DNA of 63,965 bases, filler included, from an uncultured Myxococcia bacterium (GTDB lineage Bacteria > CAZTWC01), in NCBI GenBank assembly GCA_964617105.1. It is 9 parts of 9 records of this genome, joined end to end, with 100 filler letters (N's around TTAATTAATTAA, not from the genome) between each part and the next. Parts side by side here need not be neighbours in the genome. Positions count along the whole stretch, not along the records: positions 52,398 to 59,728 come from CAZTWC010000186.1; positions 59,829 to 63,965 come from CAZTWC010000319.1; 7 more parts are not named here. The stretch is one strand, 5' to 3'. A program made the translations under genes and the position numbers. Shown here piece by piece: positions 52,455 to 61,594 of this stretch; the stretch's first letter is position 1; each line of letters begins with the position of its first letter. A model generated the notes under the pieces. The model had not been told where the DNA came from and ran no database searches. It saw only the letters and a program-made list of their open reading frames with translations.

Positions 52455-52509
52455 GTTTATTTTTATTTTTTTACCGCTGCCTTTACCCAAACCCTCTTTC
52501 CATCTATAA

Positions 52510-53682
52510 ATATCAGATGTAATATGCGGTATAGATTGGGTAGTGGCTAATGCCAGTGTCATCGATGTTGCCAACATGAGCCTCGGCGGCGGCGGCAGTG
52601 ACGATGGCAACTGCGGCCTTAGCAACAATGACCCTGAACACGAAGCCATCTGTAATGCTGTTAACGCCGGTGTAACCTTTGTGGTAGCCGCTGGTAACGA
52701 AGCGGTTGATTCTGCCAATTCAACTCCTGCTGCTTATGACGAAGTTATCACTGTTAGTGCTCTGGCTGATTTTGACGGCCTGAGCAACGGCCTGGGTGCA
52801 GCCACCTGCCGGGCAGACGTAGATGACTCTTTTGCCAATTTCAGTAATTTTGGTGCTGATGTTGATATTATGGCCCCGGGTGTATGTATATACTCAACCG
52901 ATAAAAACGGTGGCTACTCTACCAAAAGCGGCACCAGCATGGCTTCCCCTCATGTGGCTGGCGCAGCCGCTCTGTTAAAAGCTGTGGATCCTCTGCTGAC
53001 TCCGGAACAAGTTATTCTTAACCTGCTGGATACTGGTAACCCTGCTCCCTGCGCCACCCAGAGCGGACTCTGCAGCGATGATCCCGATGGCATCCAGGAA
53101 CCTTTACTCATGGTAGGCGCCCCGTTACCCGACAATGACAATGATGGATATCCCTCCAACATCGATTGCAACGACTACGATGCCACCAACAATCCCGGTG
53201 CTACCGAAATTTGCGGCAATGGTTATGATGAAAACTGCGATGGTATTGATGATGCCTGTCCGGTGGATGCTGATTATGATGGCTACTTTACCCCTCAAGA
53301 CTGCAACGACAACGACGCTGCCATCAATCCTGGCGCTACTGAAATCTGTGACGATGGTATTGATAACAACTGTGACGGCAATATTGATGAAGGCTGCTCT
53401 TGCTGGCAGGCTGGCAGCATTACTGATAAACAGGAAGTTGACTTCCCAGTGTACCTGAATAAAGGTGAAATTATCATCGACCTCAGTTGGAACAGCACAG
53501 CTGACCTGGATCTCTACCTGATCAACGATCGGGGTAGGGTAACTGGACGCGCCACCAGCACCACTCCTGGTGAGCAGATTGTCAAAGGGGTCAAAGCTGG
53601 TAACTATATTATCAAAGTTTACTCTTACAGCGGCGACGCCAGTAGTTTCTGCGTCTCCCTGGGCGGTTCCGCTAATCAATAA
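52510..53682 (+). pseudogene. 5'-truncated subtilisin (S8) protease with MopE-like repeats and a C-terminal PPC-like domain
   Basis: SDVICGIDWV..VANMSLGG, VAAGNE, DIMAPG, SGTSMASPHVAG. No catalytic Asp/His segments; in-frame TAA at 52507-52509. DCNDNDAAINPGATEICDDGIDNNCDG repeats and ADLDLYL. Confidence 0.8.
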
Positions 53683-53689
53683 ACTCTCC

Positions 53690-53773
53690 GTGTCCTTTTG
53701 GAAGCCCGAAAGGACACTATAACCAAATCCTATCAACTTCAGTCAGCCCGGTATTTAATAAATGCCGGGCTGA
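53690..53773. terminator. Two hairpins between convergent genes
   Basis: GTGTCCTTTTGG-AAGC-CCGAAAGGACAC (53690-53717) and TCAGCCCGGTATTT-AAT-AAATGCCGGGCTGA (53743-53773). Confidence 0.6.
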
Positions 53774-53847
53774 TTTGATCTGAGCATAAAATAACACCCC
53801 CATCAATCATCTAGGTGTGTAACTACCGGGTTGTATAAATTTATTTT

Positions 53848-54735
53848 TTAGCGGCCTACGGTTCTGGCTGGACGAAAGCTAAAGTGGTAGCGGTAAAAGG
53901 GGCGGTCGTAGCCCCGGTATGCTGCCCGGCAGCGGCTGGGGCGGATCCTCCACCCGCCTCCTCTCATAATCCGAAAAGTGCCGGCGGCAGGACCGGTGGG
54001 ATCTATAGATTGATTTTTGCCGGAGGGGTAGGAGCTGTACCAATCCCAGCACCACTCCCAAACATTACCCAGCATATCGTAAATACCCCAGGCATTGGCC
54101 TGTTTTTGGCCCACAGGATGGGTCTTCTCCTCCGAATTTTCAGCATACCAGGCAATCTGATCCAGGGATCCGTATCTGGTTTCCGAGGTACCAGCCCGAC
54201 AGGCATATTCCCATTCCGCCTCAGTGGGCAACCTATATCCTTTGCAATTCAGTCCCTTAAAAATCACCTCTTTTATTTCAAATTCATCCTCTGGAATTCG
54301 GCCATCCTGATCTCTCAGCAGATAGGCCTCTTCCAACCCCTCCTGGATGGATAGCAAATTACAGAACATCACCGCTGAAAACCAACTTATCCCCTCTACC
54401 GGGCAATCATCCTGGCCGTTTTTAAAGTAAGATGGATTGTTGCCCATTATCTCCAGCCACTCTTTTTGAGTTACCTGGGTTTGCTTGAGAATAAAATCGC
54501 GGTTTATTTTAACCAGATGTGGTTTTTCCCGCTCCTCCCGCTCCTCCTGGTGAAGAGGTGACCCCATCGTAAACTCGCCGGCTTTTATACGCTGAAAACC
54601 AGCCGGAGTAGGAGTATTCTTTCCTCCCTTCTCCAAATGGGCCACCAGTGATTTAATTGGCCGGCCACAGTGTGGACAGTTTTCAGCCAGGGTGCTGACA
54701 TTATTCTTGCAATCGGGACAGTTGATTAGAGCCAT
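53848..54735 (-). CDS. Zinc-ribbon plus FGE-sulfatase (CLec-fold) domain protein
   Basis: MALINCPDC...CPHCGRP; FTMGS, VTQ, NNPSYF, YRLPTEAEWEYACRAG, NAWGIYDMLGNVWEWCWD, RGGGW, FRP. Confidence 0.9.
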   Translation of the reverse strand: MALINCPDCKNNVSTLAENCPHCGRPIKSLVAHLEKGGKNTPTPAGFQRIKAGEFTMGSPLHQEEREEREKPHLVKINRDFILKQTQVTQKEWLEIMGNNPSYFKNGQDDCPVEGISWFSAVMFCNLLSIQEGLEEAYLLRDQDGRIPEDEFEIKEVIFKGLNCKGYRLPTEAEWEYACRAGTSETRYGSLDQIAWYAENSEEKTHPVGQKQANAWGIYDMLGNVWEWCWDWYSSYPSGKNQSIDPTGPAAGTFRIMRGGGWRIRPSRCRAAYRGYDRPFYRYHFSFRPARTVGR

Positions 54736-54792
54736 AAAAAAGTCTCCATATCATTATGGTATTGGGTAAAGCAGATCAACAATATCTCCTCT

Positions 54793-56376
54793 CTACCGGG
54801 CGGAACTGGAAACCTGAGACCATATCAGGTTCAATTCAACCATTTTATCAACGATATTTTGGGCCATAAAGGCATATCCTTTTTGATTAGGATGCCCGTC
54901 CAACACAAAAAGATTATCTTTAAGTTTACCGATATCAGACTCCGGTGGCAAGGTTTTTTCGTAAAGAAGGTTATGATCCACAAATTGGGTGGAGTTATTT
55001 TCAGCAATAGTTTTTAGAACCGGGTTTAAAATTTTAAACTCCCGGCTGGACAAAGATGGATGGGTAAAGTAACTGTGCAGAATTAACTTTATCTGTTTTT
55101 GATTGCACAACCGGATAATCTTTTCGATATCAGCGATTACCCACTCTTTGATCCGGGCATTGTATTGGTCAAAATTGACAAACAAATTGATAAAATCATC
55201 TAGATAGGAAACCTGGCCTTTAAATTGCCGCAAATATTTAATATCCTCTTCAAAATCGGTTTGCAACCCTTTCTGCTTCATTAGGATACAGAGTTCAGTA
55301 AACTCGGCAATCTCTTCCTGGGAAAGATGGGCCATAAGACTCTTTTTATAATATTTTTTGCTTCTTTTTTTATCCTGGCGCTTAACAAAAACCGCCATGG
55401 CTCTAAGAATATCAGCAACTATTTTTTTATAATATTTTTTCTCATCTCCCAGGTTAGAAAGATGGTTTATTCGGGTTAAAGCCCACTGCAAAGCCCTATC
55501 CAAATGGATGTAGGCACTATTAAAATCGGTTTGCTCCATAACTCCATGCCGAAAATTATCTGGTAGTTTTTCAGGTCCATATCGGTTTCCAAGAAAATCG
55601 GTGAGAAGCAATACTGCGGTTCGGCCATTTTCCATAAACTTGTCCCGTTCGCACTGCAGCCCTTTGTCATTACAGGCATAGGCCTGGTCAACCAATTTAT
55701 CACCGACGTTCACCAGCATTATTAGTTGTCTACAATTAGAGCCCATTTTTTTTAAACAGGTATCTACCAGTTCATCCAGATCCAACTCTTCCTGGTCTTC
55801 TTGTTGTTCAACCGCCAATATTTGCTGCTCTACTGCCCCATTTTGGGTTGAAGATGAGTTTTTTGAGAATTTCTTATGGAGAATAAAGGTGACCATTTTA
55901 TAGATGCGCATAGTGTAAATAAAATCCCGGGCCTGGCTCCAGACGTTTTTATGACCAGCATAACTATCATACCCCAGGGCATTCCAAAAATTATTTCCCC
56001 CCACTAATAGTATTACCGCTTTTGGGGTTATGGTTTCCAACAGCTCCTGGAATCTTTGCAACGCGATATAGGAATTGTAATTGGCCCGGCCCAAATTTAA
56101 TACGTTTATCATGTTAAACTTACGGGTTTTTCCAGGGGTTTGCATTTGATTTAAAATACGCTGCAGTTGGGCAGGATAACTAACCGGAGAAGAGATCCCT
56201 TCTCCATAGGTAAAAGAGTCGCCCAGGCAAAAAATAGTATCCTGGTGCGAATTTTCCTGGGTATCTAAATCCAGGATAAAGTTGGACTGGAGAGAACCGC
56301 TTACCCGCAATACCAACTCTAAAAAGATAAGTGCGAATAAAAAACCGCCGATATATTGAAACAGATCTTTTTTCAT
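54793..56376 (-). CDS. Membrane-anchored SGNH/GDSL hydrolase with a large helical insertion
   Basis: LELVLR anchor, CLGDSFTYG, VLNLG, VGGNN, DGHPNQKGY. Confidence 0.8.
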   Translation of the reverse strand: MKKDLFQYIGGFLFALIFLELVLRVSGSLQSNFILDLDTQENSHQDTIFCLGDSFTYGEGISSPVSYPAQLQRILNQMQTPGKTRKFNMINVLNLGRANYNSYIALQRFQELLETITPKAVILLVGGNNFWNALGYDSYAGHKNVWSQARDFIYTMRIYKMVTFILHKKFSKNSSSTQNGAVEQQILAVEQQEDQEELDLDELVDTCLKKMGSNCRQLIMLVNVGDKLVDQAYACNDKGLQCERDKFMENGRTAVLLLTDFLGNRYGPEKLPDNFRHGVMEQTDFNSAYIHLDRALQWALTRINHLSNLGDEKKYYKKIVADILRAMAVFVKRQDKKRSKKYYKKSLMAHLSQEEIAEFTELCILMKQKGLQTDFEEDIKYLRQFKGQVSYLDDFINLFVNFDQYNARIKEWVIADIEKIIRLCNQKQIKLILHSYFTHPSLSSREFKILNPVLKTIAENNSTQFVDHNLLYEKTLPPESDIGKLKDNLFVLDGHPNQKGYAFMAQNIVDKMVELNLIWSQVSSSAR

Positions 56377-56380
56377 TTTT

Positions 56381-58303
56381 CTATTGGAAAAAAATTTTAC
56401 TTAACATCAAAGTTTTAAAGGCCCTGGCTTCGCTTTTACTTAGTTCTTCACTGTTCTCTATATAATCTTCATACTCTTGCCAGGCTTGTCTATAGTTTCT
56501 GGTTTCAAGATAACTTAACGCCAGAAACCGATTCACCTGGCCAAAAAATGGTTTAATTTTATTCGCCTCCTGTAGGTGCGATTGCGCCTGGAGATAATCA
56601 CCTTTATCAAACCAAATCTTACCCTGGTGGAAATGCTGCTTAAATTTCTGCTCCAACTGGTTAGCCGCCGCCTGAACCTTTAGATATTTATCTTCCAGTT
56701 TAAGTGTTTGATAAACAGATTGCAATACAGTATATATTTCCATATTTTTTTGGTTTAGCGCCCTGGCCTTTTCCAACGCCGCCCTGGCCTTTTCATACTG
56801 TTTATTATATTTAAAAGCATAGGCCAAACACAAATAGAGATCAGATTGATTGGGGTCAAGTTTGAGACCAGCCTTAAATAGTTCTATTGATTCTTTTGAC
56901 CGTCCTGATTCTAGATAGATTATTGCCAGATCCACCCGGGCTTCCGCATCTACTTTATTTTTTGCGATTATGTCGCGATATAAATTTTCTTTGCTAATAA
57001 AAATATGGGAATGCCTCCAGGAGCCCATTCCTAAAAGCAACAGTATCACTCCGGCTGCCATCAAAAGAATTGCCCGCTTATAGCAATATCTATTGCCCTG
57101 GGAGGCTATGATGCCAGAGCAGGAAGAGATTTCACTCCGGGTCATATAATCACCAAGCCGAATAAACAGGTGGGCAAATAAAATTATCAGACTGGCCGAA
57201 GCCAGGTATTGCCAGTGGTCGGTGGCATAGGTGTATTTGTGCATGGTAATAGGAAAAAAACCCAGAGCAGGAAAAAGGGTGATGCCAAAGAAAAGAACTG
57301 CCACCAAAGGACCTTTACCAATACGTTTTTTAATCAAAAACAAGATAATTGGCAACAATAGGGCGGTAAGAGGATAAAGATACTGTCCGATTGAGGCGCT
57401 GTCCAGGGACCATTTGGGGTATATAAAAGCCAAGTTACTCGGCCAAATCAATTTCGCTATATAAAACCAAACCGCCTTGCCGGCCAAAATCAGGTTTTCC
57501 AAAAAAGTTCGCTCAAATCCCTCACCCCGGGCGCCGCCAAAAAATTGCTCCGACCAGACCCGGATATAGGCAGTTACTGGAACCAGGGCAAAAAATGGGA
57601 TCAGCCGGTATAGATCATAACGCTTAAAAACTGGTCGTTTCCACCACATCACCACCAAAAAAACCATGGGCAGGGTGACGATAAAGGGCTTGGTTAATAG
57701 GCCGCAGACAAACATCAAAAGGGAGAGAATATGATAGCGCCAATGAGAATAGTTGACTTGTGCTTCTTTGGAGGAGCCGATATTGGCATGACGCAAATAG
57801 TAGAGCAGGGAGAGAAAATAGAAAAATGTGGAGAGAAGATCCCGGCGCAAGTTGATAAAGGCCACCGCTTCTACGTGCACTGGATGCAGAGCGAAAATCA
57901 AAGCCGCTAGCCAGCCACCAGCCAAAGAAAAGCGTCTAACTATAAAAAAGATCAGGATGGAATTTAGAGCATGAAGGAGAGTATTAAAAATATGGTAAAA
58001 AAAGGTATTATCTCCCCATAGAGTATAATCGAGCCAAAGACTGGTGATAAACAGGGGATAGTATATATACTCCTCGGTATGTAATTTGGAGCAGGTTTCT
58101 GGATCGGTCCATATTTTCCATAGTCCCTGCGCACCTTCCAATTTGGACACATAATCGATGTCCATGCCATCGTCATCGATAAATTCACCGTTAAAAGAGG
58201 CAGAAAAGGCCAGAAACGTCAGCAATATTACCGCACTGGCCAGGACAATAGTCTTATTGCCAGGATCGATAAAAAAGTGCTTAATAGTTGGCAATGCTTT
58301 CAA
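56381..58303 (-). CDS. TMTC-like GT-C protein glycosyltransferase with TPRs
   Basis: FIDDD, YYPL, YHIFNTLLH, LIFALHPVHVEAVAFI, ATDHWQYLAS, C-terminal TPRs. Confidence 0.82.
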   Translation of the reverse strand: MKALPTIKHFFIDPGNKTIVLASAVILLTFLAFSASFNGEFIDDDGMDIDYVSKLEGAQGLWKIWTDPETCSKLHTEEYIYYPLFITSLWLDYTLWGDNTFFYHIFNTLLHALNSILIFFIVRRFSLAGGWLAALIFALHPVHVEAVAFINLRRDLLSTFFYFLSLLYYLRHANIGSSKEAQVNYSHWRYHILSLLMFVCGLLTKPFIVTLPMVFLVVMWWKRPVFKRYDLYRLIPFFALVPVTAYIRVWSEQFFGGARGEGFERTFLENLILAGKAVWFYIAKLIWPSNLAFIYPKWSLDSASIGQYLYPLTALLLPIILFLIKKRIGKGPLVAVLFFGITLFPALGFFPITMHKYTYATDHWQYLASASLIILFAHLFIRLGDYMTRSEISSCSGIIASQGNRYCYKRAILLMAAGVILLLLGMGSWRHSHIFISKENLYRDIIAKNKVDAEARVDLAIIYLESGRSKESIELFKAGLKLDPNQSDLYLCLAYAFKYNKQYEKARAALEKARALNQKNMEIYTVLQSVYQTLKLEDKYLKVQAAANQLEQKFKQHFHQGKIWFDKGDYLQAQSHLQEANKIKPFFGQVNRFLALSYLETRNYRQAWQEYEDYIENSEELSKSEARAFKTLMLSKIFFQ

Positions 58304-59728
58304 GATATTGAATTTTCCGATTTATTTTTCTCTTTTTGCTGGCGATCAGGCGGACCGGGTTGTCTTTGATAAACTCAGGATATTTTCGGGTGATCTTTTT
58401 TAACTCTTCCGGAACTTCGTCAAATTCGATATGATCCATACCGCTTTTAATTAAATCAACCGGTAGATTGACCATTATGGTTGTAAATTCCTCTTCTACC
58501 TCTTGCAATTTATCAAGGTGACTATAACACAATTGCAACTCTTCCCGGGCCTTTTGCCTGCGCTCTTCTTGATCTTCTATAAATTCGGGATCGCCTTTGA
58601 TAAAATATACTCGGTATTGAGACGGATCTAACTCCTCGTCAGTAACAAAAGAGCTGCTCATGCTGGGTAAAATCTGTTCCAGGTTGTTGCCACTAATCGT
58701 GGTGCTTTTTTTCTTGGTGCGAAAAAAGCGCCCCATTCCAACTTTTTTTCTTGCTCTTCGGTGGTCAAAATCTTCCTGGTCCGGAAGCAGGGAGATATTG
58801 CGGCTCAAAATGCCGAACAACTGTCCGGTAAAACGACCAAATCCCTCGGCTCCGTGGGATATCTGATACCCAAAACTCAACATGCCCAGATAGAGCATTG
58901 CCAAAACCAGGGTAGTGGAGGTAAAAACCCGACACCACTTGTTTATCAGGTTTGAACGTTTGATTTTCTTGACCAGAGAATAACCGCCTTTGGAACCCAA
59001 TTCCGAGGCCTGGCTGGCAATTTTTAAAGCCTGGTCAAAATTATAATCAGTATAGTTTTGAGCGGCTCTCTTAAAATAGATGCCGGCCAGATAATTATTT
59101 AGAGCATCGCTTATATTATCCAGGGGGAACTCTTCTTCCCACTTTTGTTTTTGTTTTAGAGTTTCCAAATATTTAATCACCTGACGGGTGATATCTTCCA
59201 CTTCCTGAAATCTGTTTTTTTTCAGCAACTGGTCTAAAAGAATTACCAGGGTAGCGGCGAATATTTTTAACTCTTTTTGGTTAAAATTTATCTGGTTCAG
59301 ATCGATCTTCTGATAAAGTTGTAAGGCAGATTGAAATTCCCGTTTTTTAATATAGGCGCCAAAAAGGAAGGCGATCCCCGGATTGGTGGCAAAATCGTAA
59401 TTTAATATTTGAAAAATAGGAGTGTAGTTTGCCCGGTAATAGTATGCCTGGGCCAACTCCCGAATAACGCTATATCTGTCCTGAATGATATCTTTAATAA
59501 AATTTATTAGATGGCTGGCTTCCTTAAGCGCCTTTTTAGTATGGAAGAGTACATAAGTGCCAGTCAATAAATTAAATTCACTAGTATCACCCACCTTTTC
59601 AGTTTCAGATAAAAGTTTGCTGTAAAATGCCGGTGAGTTCAGCAAGTTTAAGATCTTATAGTTAAGGTCGGTTAAATATTGGCCGAAGATTTTTTGCTCT
59701 ATGGCCAATTTCTTTAAAACACACAACA
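58281..59728 (-). CDS. Helical/TPR-like protein with one transmembrane segment (5' cut by gap)
   Basis: Long open frame, helical-repeat character, TM TTLVLAMLYLGMLSFGY. Confidence 0.55.
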
Positions 59729-59856
59729 NNNNNNNNNNNNNNNNNNNNNNNNNNNNNNNNNNNNNNNNNNNNTTAATTAATTAANNNNNNNNNNNNNNNN
59801 NNNNNNNNNNNNNNNNNNNNNNNNNNNNTTGTTTCTTTTTCCAATTTTCTGCGCCC

Positions 59857-61008
59857 TTAAATCACTTCCCGAATTATTTCGGTGATATCCTTAACCTCCA
59901 GGGAATCCTCATATTCGAGGGTTAACCTGCTCTCCTCAAAATTGGTGATGCAATATGGGCAGGAAGTAACCAACACCTCGGCTCCAACCTCTTTTGCCTG
60001 CTCTAACCTGAGGTTGGAGAAGCGCTCGCTCTTGGGAGTGTCCATCCAGATCCTGCCGCCGCCGCCGCCGCAACAGAGGCTATCTTGCCGGGAATCGGCC
60101 ATCTCCACCAGTTCCAACCCCGCCACCTTCTCTAAAATCTCTCTGGGTTGGTCAAAGATGCCGTTATGCCGGCCCAGGTAACAGGGGTCGTGATAGGTGA
60201 CTCGCTTTCCATATTCCCCGGTTAACTCGAGCCTTCCCTGCTCGATGAGTTCCAACAGATATTGGCAGATATGAACCACCTCAAAATTCACCATAAATTC
60301 GGGATACTCATTTTTAAAAGTGTCAAAGCAGTGAGGAGAAGAAACCAGTATCTTCTTCACCCCTTTGTCGATAAAGGTTTTGATATTTTCTTTGGCCAGG
60401 GTTTTAAATACTTCCTCGCCGCCAGTCTTGCGGATACTTTCGCCGCAGCAGTTTTCTTTTGTGCCCAATATCCCGAAATCTACCCCGGCTTTATTAAGGA
60501 TATTGGCGGTGGCCAAAGCCGCTTTTTTCAATCTGGGGTCATAACTGTAATAACAACCAACGAAATATAAGACCTCCATCCCTTCGGTAAACGGTTTGAC
60601 CTCCAACCCTTTAGCCCAATCAGCCCGCCCGGCCCTATCTTCACTCAAAGGGTTGCCATCGGTGCTAAGGCTTACTCCTGCAGTCCGGGCCCCCCGAACT
60701 GCCGCGGGAAAAACATCATAATCTGAAGCGATTCTACGCAAAGATATTCCCACATCTACCTGTTTTACTCCCCTGGGGCAATGGGACGGGCAAGTTCCGC
60801 AGGTGGTGCAGTGCCATATATCCTCCAGTTCCAACTCCGTCAATCCAAAGTTGGCCTGGCGGATTATTTTGCGCATACTAAAATCTTTAACCTTGTTCCA
60901 GGGGCAAACTACATCACATTTTCCGCATTGATAACATAACTTGCAAACTTCTCCGCCAGCCTTTTTGATCTCATCGATAATTTCTCTAAAAGGAGTTACT
61001 GTTTCCAC
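59857..61008 (-). CDS. bamD: Class II benzoyl-CoA reductase subunit BamD (HdrC/HdrB-like Fe-S protein)
   Basis: Start refined to GTG 61008. CYQCGKCDVVCP, CTTCGTCPSHCP, ENCCGE, YHDPCYLGRH, CCGGGGG, TSCPYC. Third gene after bamB and bamC. Confidence 0.85.
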   Translation of the reverse strand: METVTPFREIIDEIKKAGGEVCKLCYQCGKCDVVCPWNKVKDFSMRKIIRQANFGLTELELEDIWHCTTCGTCPSHCPRGVKQVDVGISLRRIASDYDVFPAAVRGARTAGVSLSTDGNPLSEDRAGRADWAKGLEVKPFTEGMEVLYFVGCYYSYDPRLKKAALATANILNKAGVDFGILGTKENCCGESIRKTGGEEVFKTLAKENIKTFIDKGVKKILVSSPHCFDTFKNEYPEFMVNFEVVHICQYLLELIEQGRLELTGEYGKRVTYHDPCYLGRHNGIFDQPREILEKVAGLELVEMADSRQDSLCCGGGGGRIWMDTPKSERFSNLRLEQAKEVGAEVLVTSCPYCITNFEESRLTLEYEDSLEVKDITEIIREVI

Positions 61009-61043
61009 GGTTTTTTTGAACCTCTTTCCATCGTTTCTATGCT

Positions 61044-61580
61044 TCAGTCCTTCTTTGGCATTCGCGCTACGGTATCGATAATTTTTTGCCATCCATATTT
61101 GTTGGCCATGGCTTCCAATCCAATCTCTATCTCCTCCTGCTTCTCTTCCTCTTCTGCTTCCTCTTCCCTCTCTTCGTAAGTGAGGGCATCGGCCACACAC
61201 CACTGAACACACATCGGTTCTGACAAAGGTGGATCCGATTCACACATATCACACTTAAGAGGGAGTCCTGAATCAGGTTCTTTGAAAATATCCCGGGAGG
61301 GGCAGGAAGCCCGGCAAAAAGCGCACTCGTCATATTCTTTGCCGTCAATGGTATATTTGTCCCGGCCGGTACACTCGGCAGCAGCGTACTCGCCGGCGTA
61401 AACAGGGATATAGATATCTTTTAAAGGCTCGTGAATTACCCGGATACGAGAGCGGGCCGGATTGTTGCTGCTATATTTTGGCATAGCATGAAAGGCGGAG
61501 CAGATCACCTCACAGGCCCGGCAACCATTGCATTTATCGACATCGATTTTTATGGTCTTGATTGTTTTTTTACCTTTCAC
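61044..61580 (-). CDS. bamC: Class II benzoyl-CoA reductase subunit BamC (ferredoxin-like)
   Basis: KCNGCRACEVICSAFH, NPARSRIRV, YDECAFCRASCP, LKCDMC, MCVQWC. Confidence 0.88.
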   Translation of the reverse strand: MKGKKTIKTIKIDVDKCNGCRACEVICSAFHAMPKYSSNNPARSRIRVIHEPLKDIYIPVYAGEYAAAECTGRDKYTIDGKEYDECAFCRASCPSRDIFKEPDSGLPLKCDMCESDPPLSEPMCVQWCVADALTYEEREEEAEEEEKQEEIEIGLEAMANKYGWQKIIDTVARMPKKD

Positions 61581-61594
61581 AGTTCACTTCCTCC

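Noticed and set aside
61009..61212. 68-aa N-terminal extension of BamD in the ORF track
   Set aside because: It overlaps bamC in another frame. GTG 61008 with an upstream AGAGG fits the expected start.
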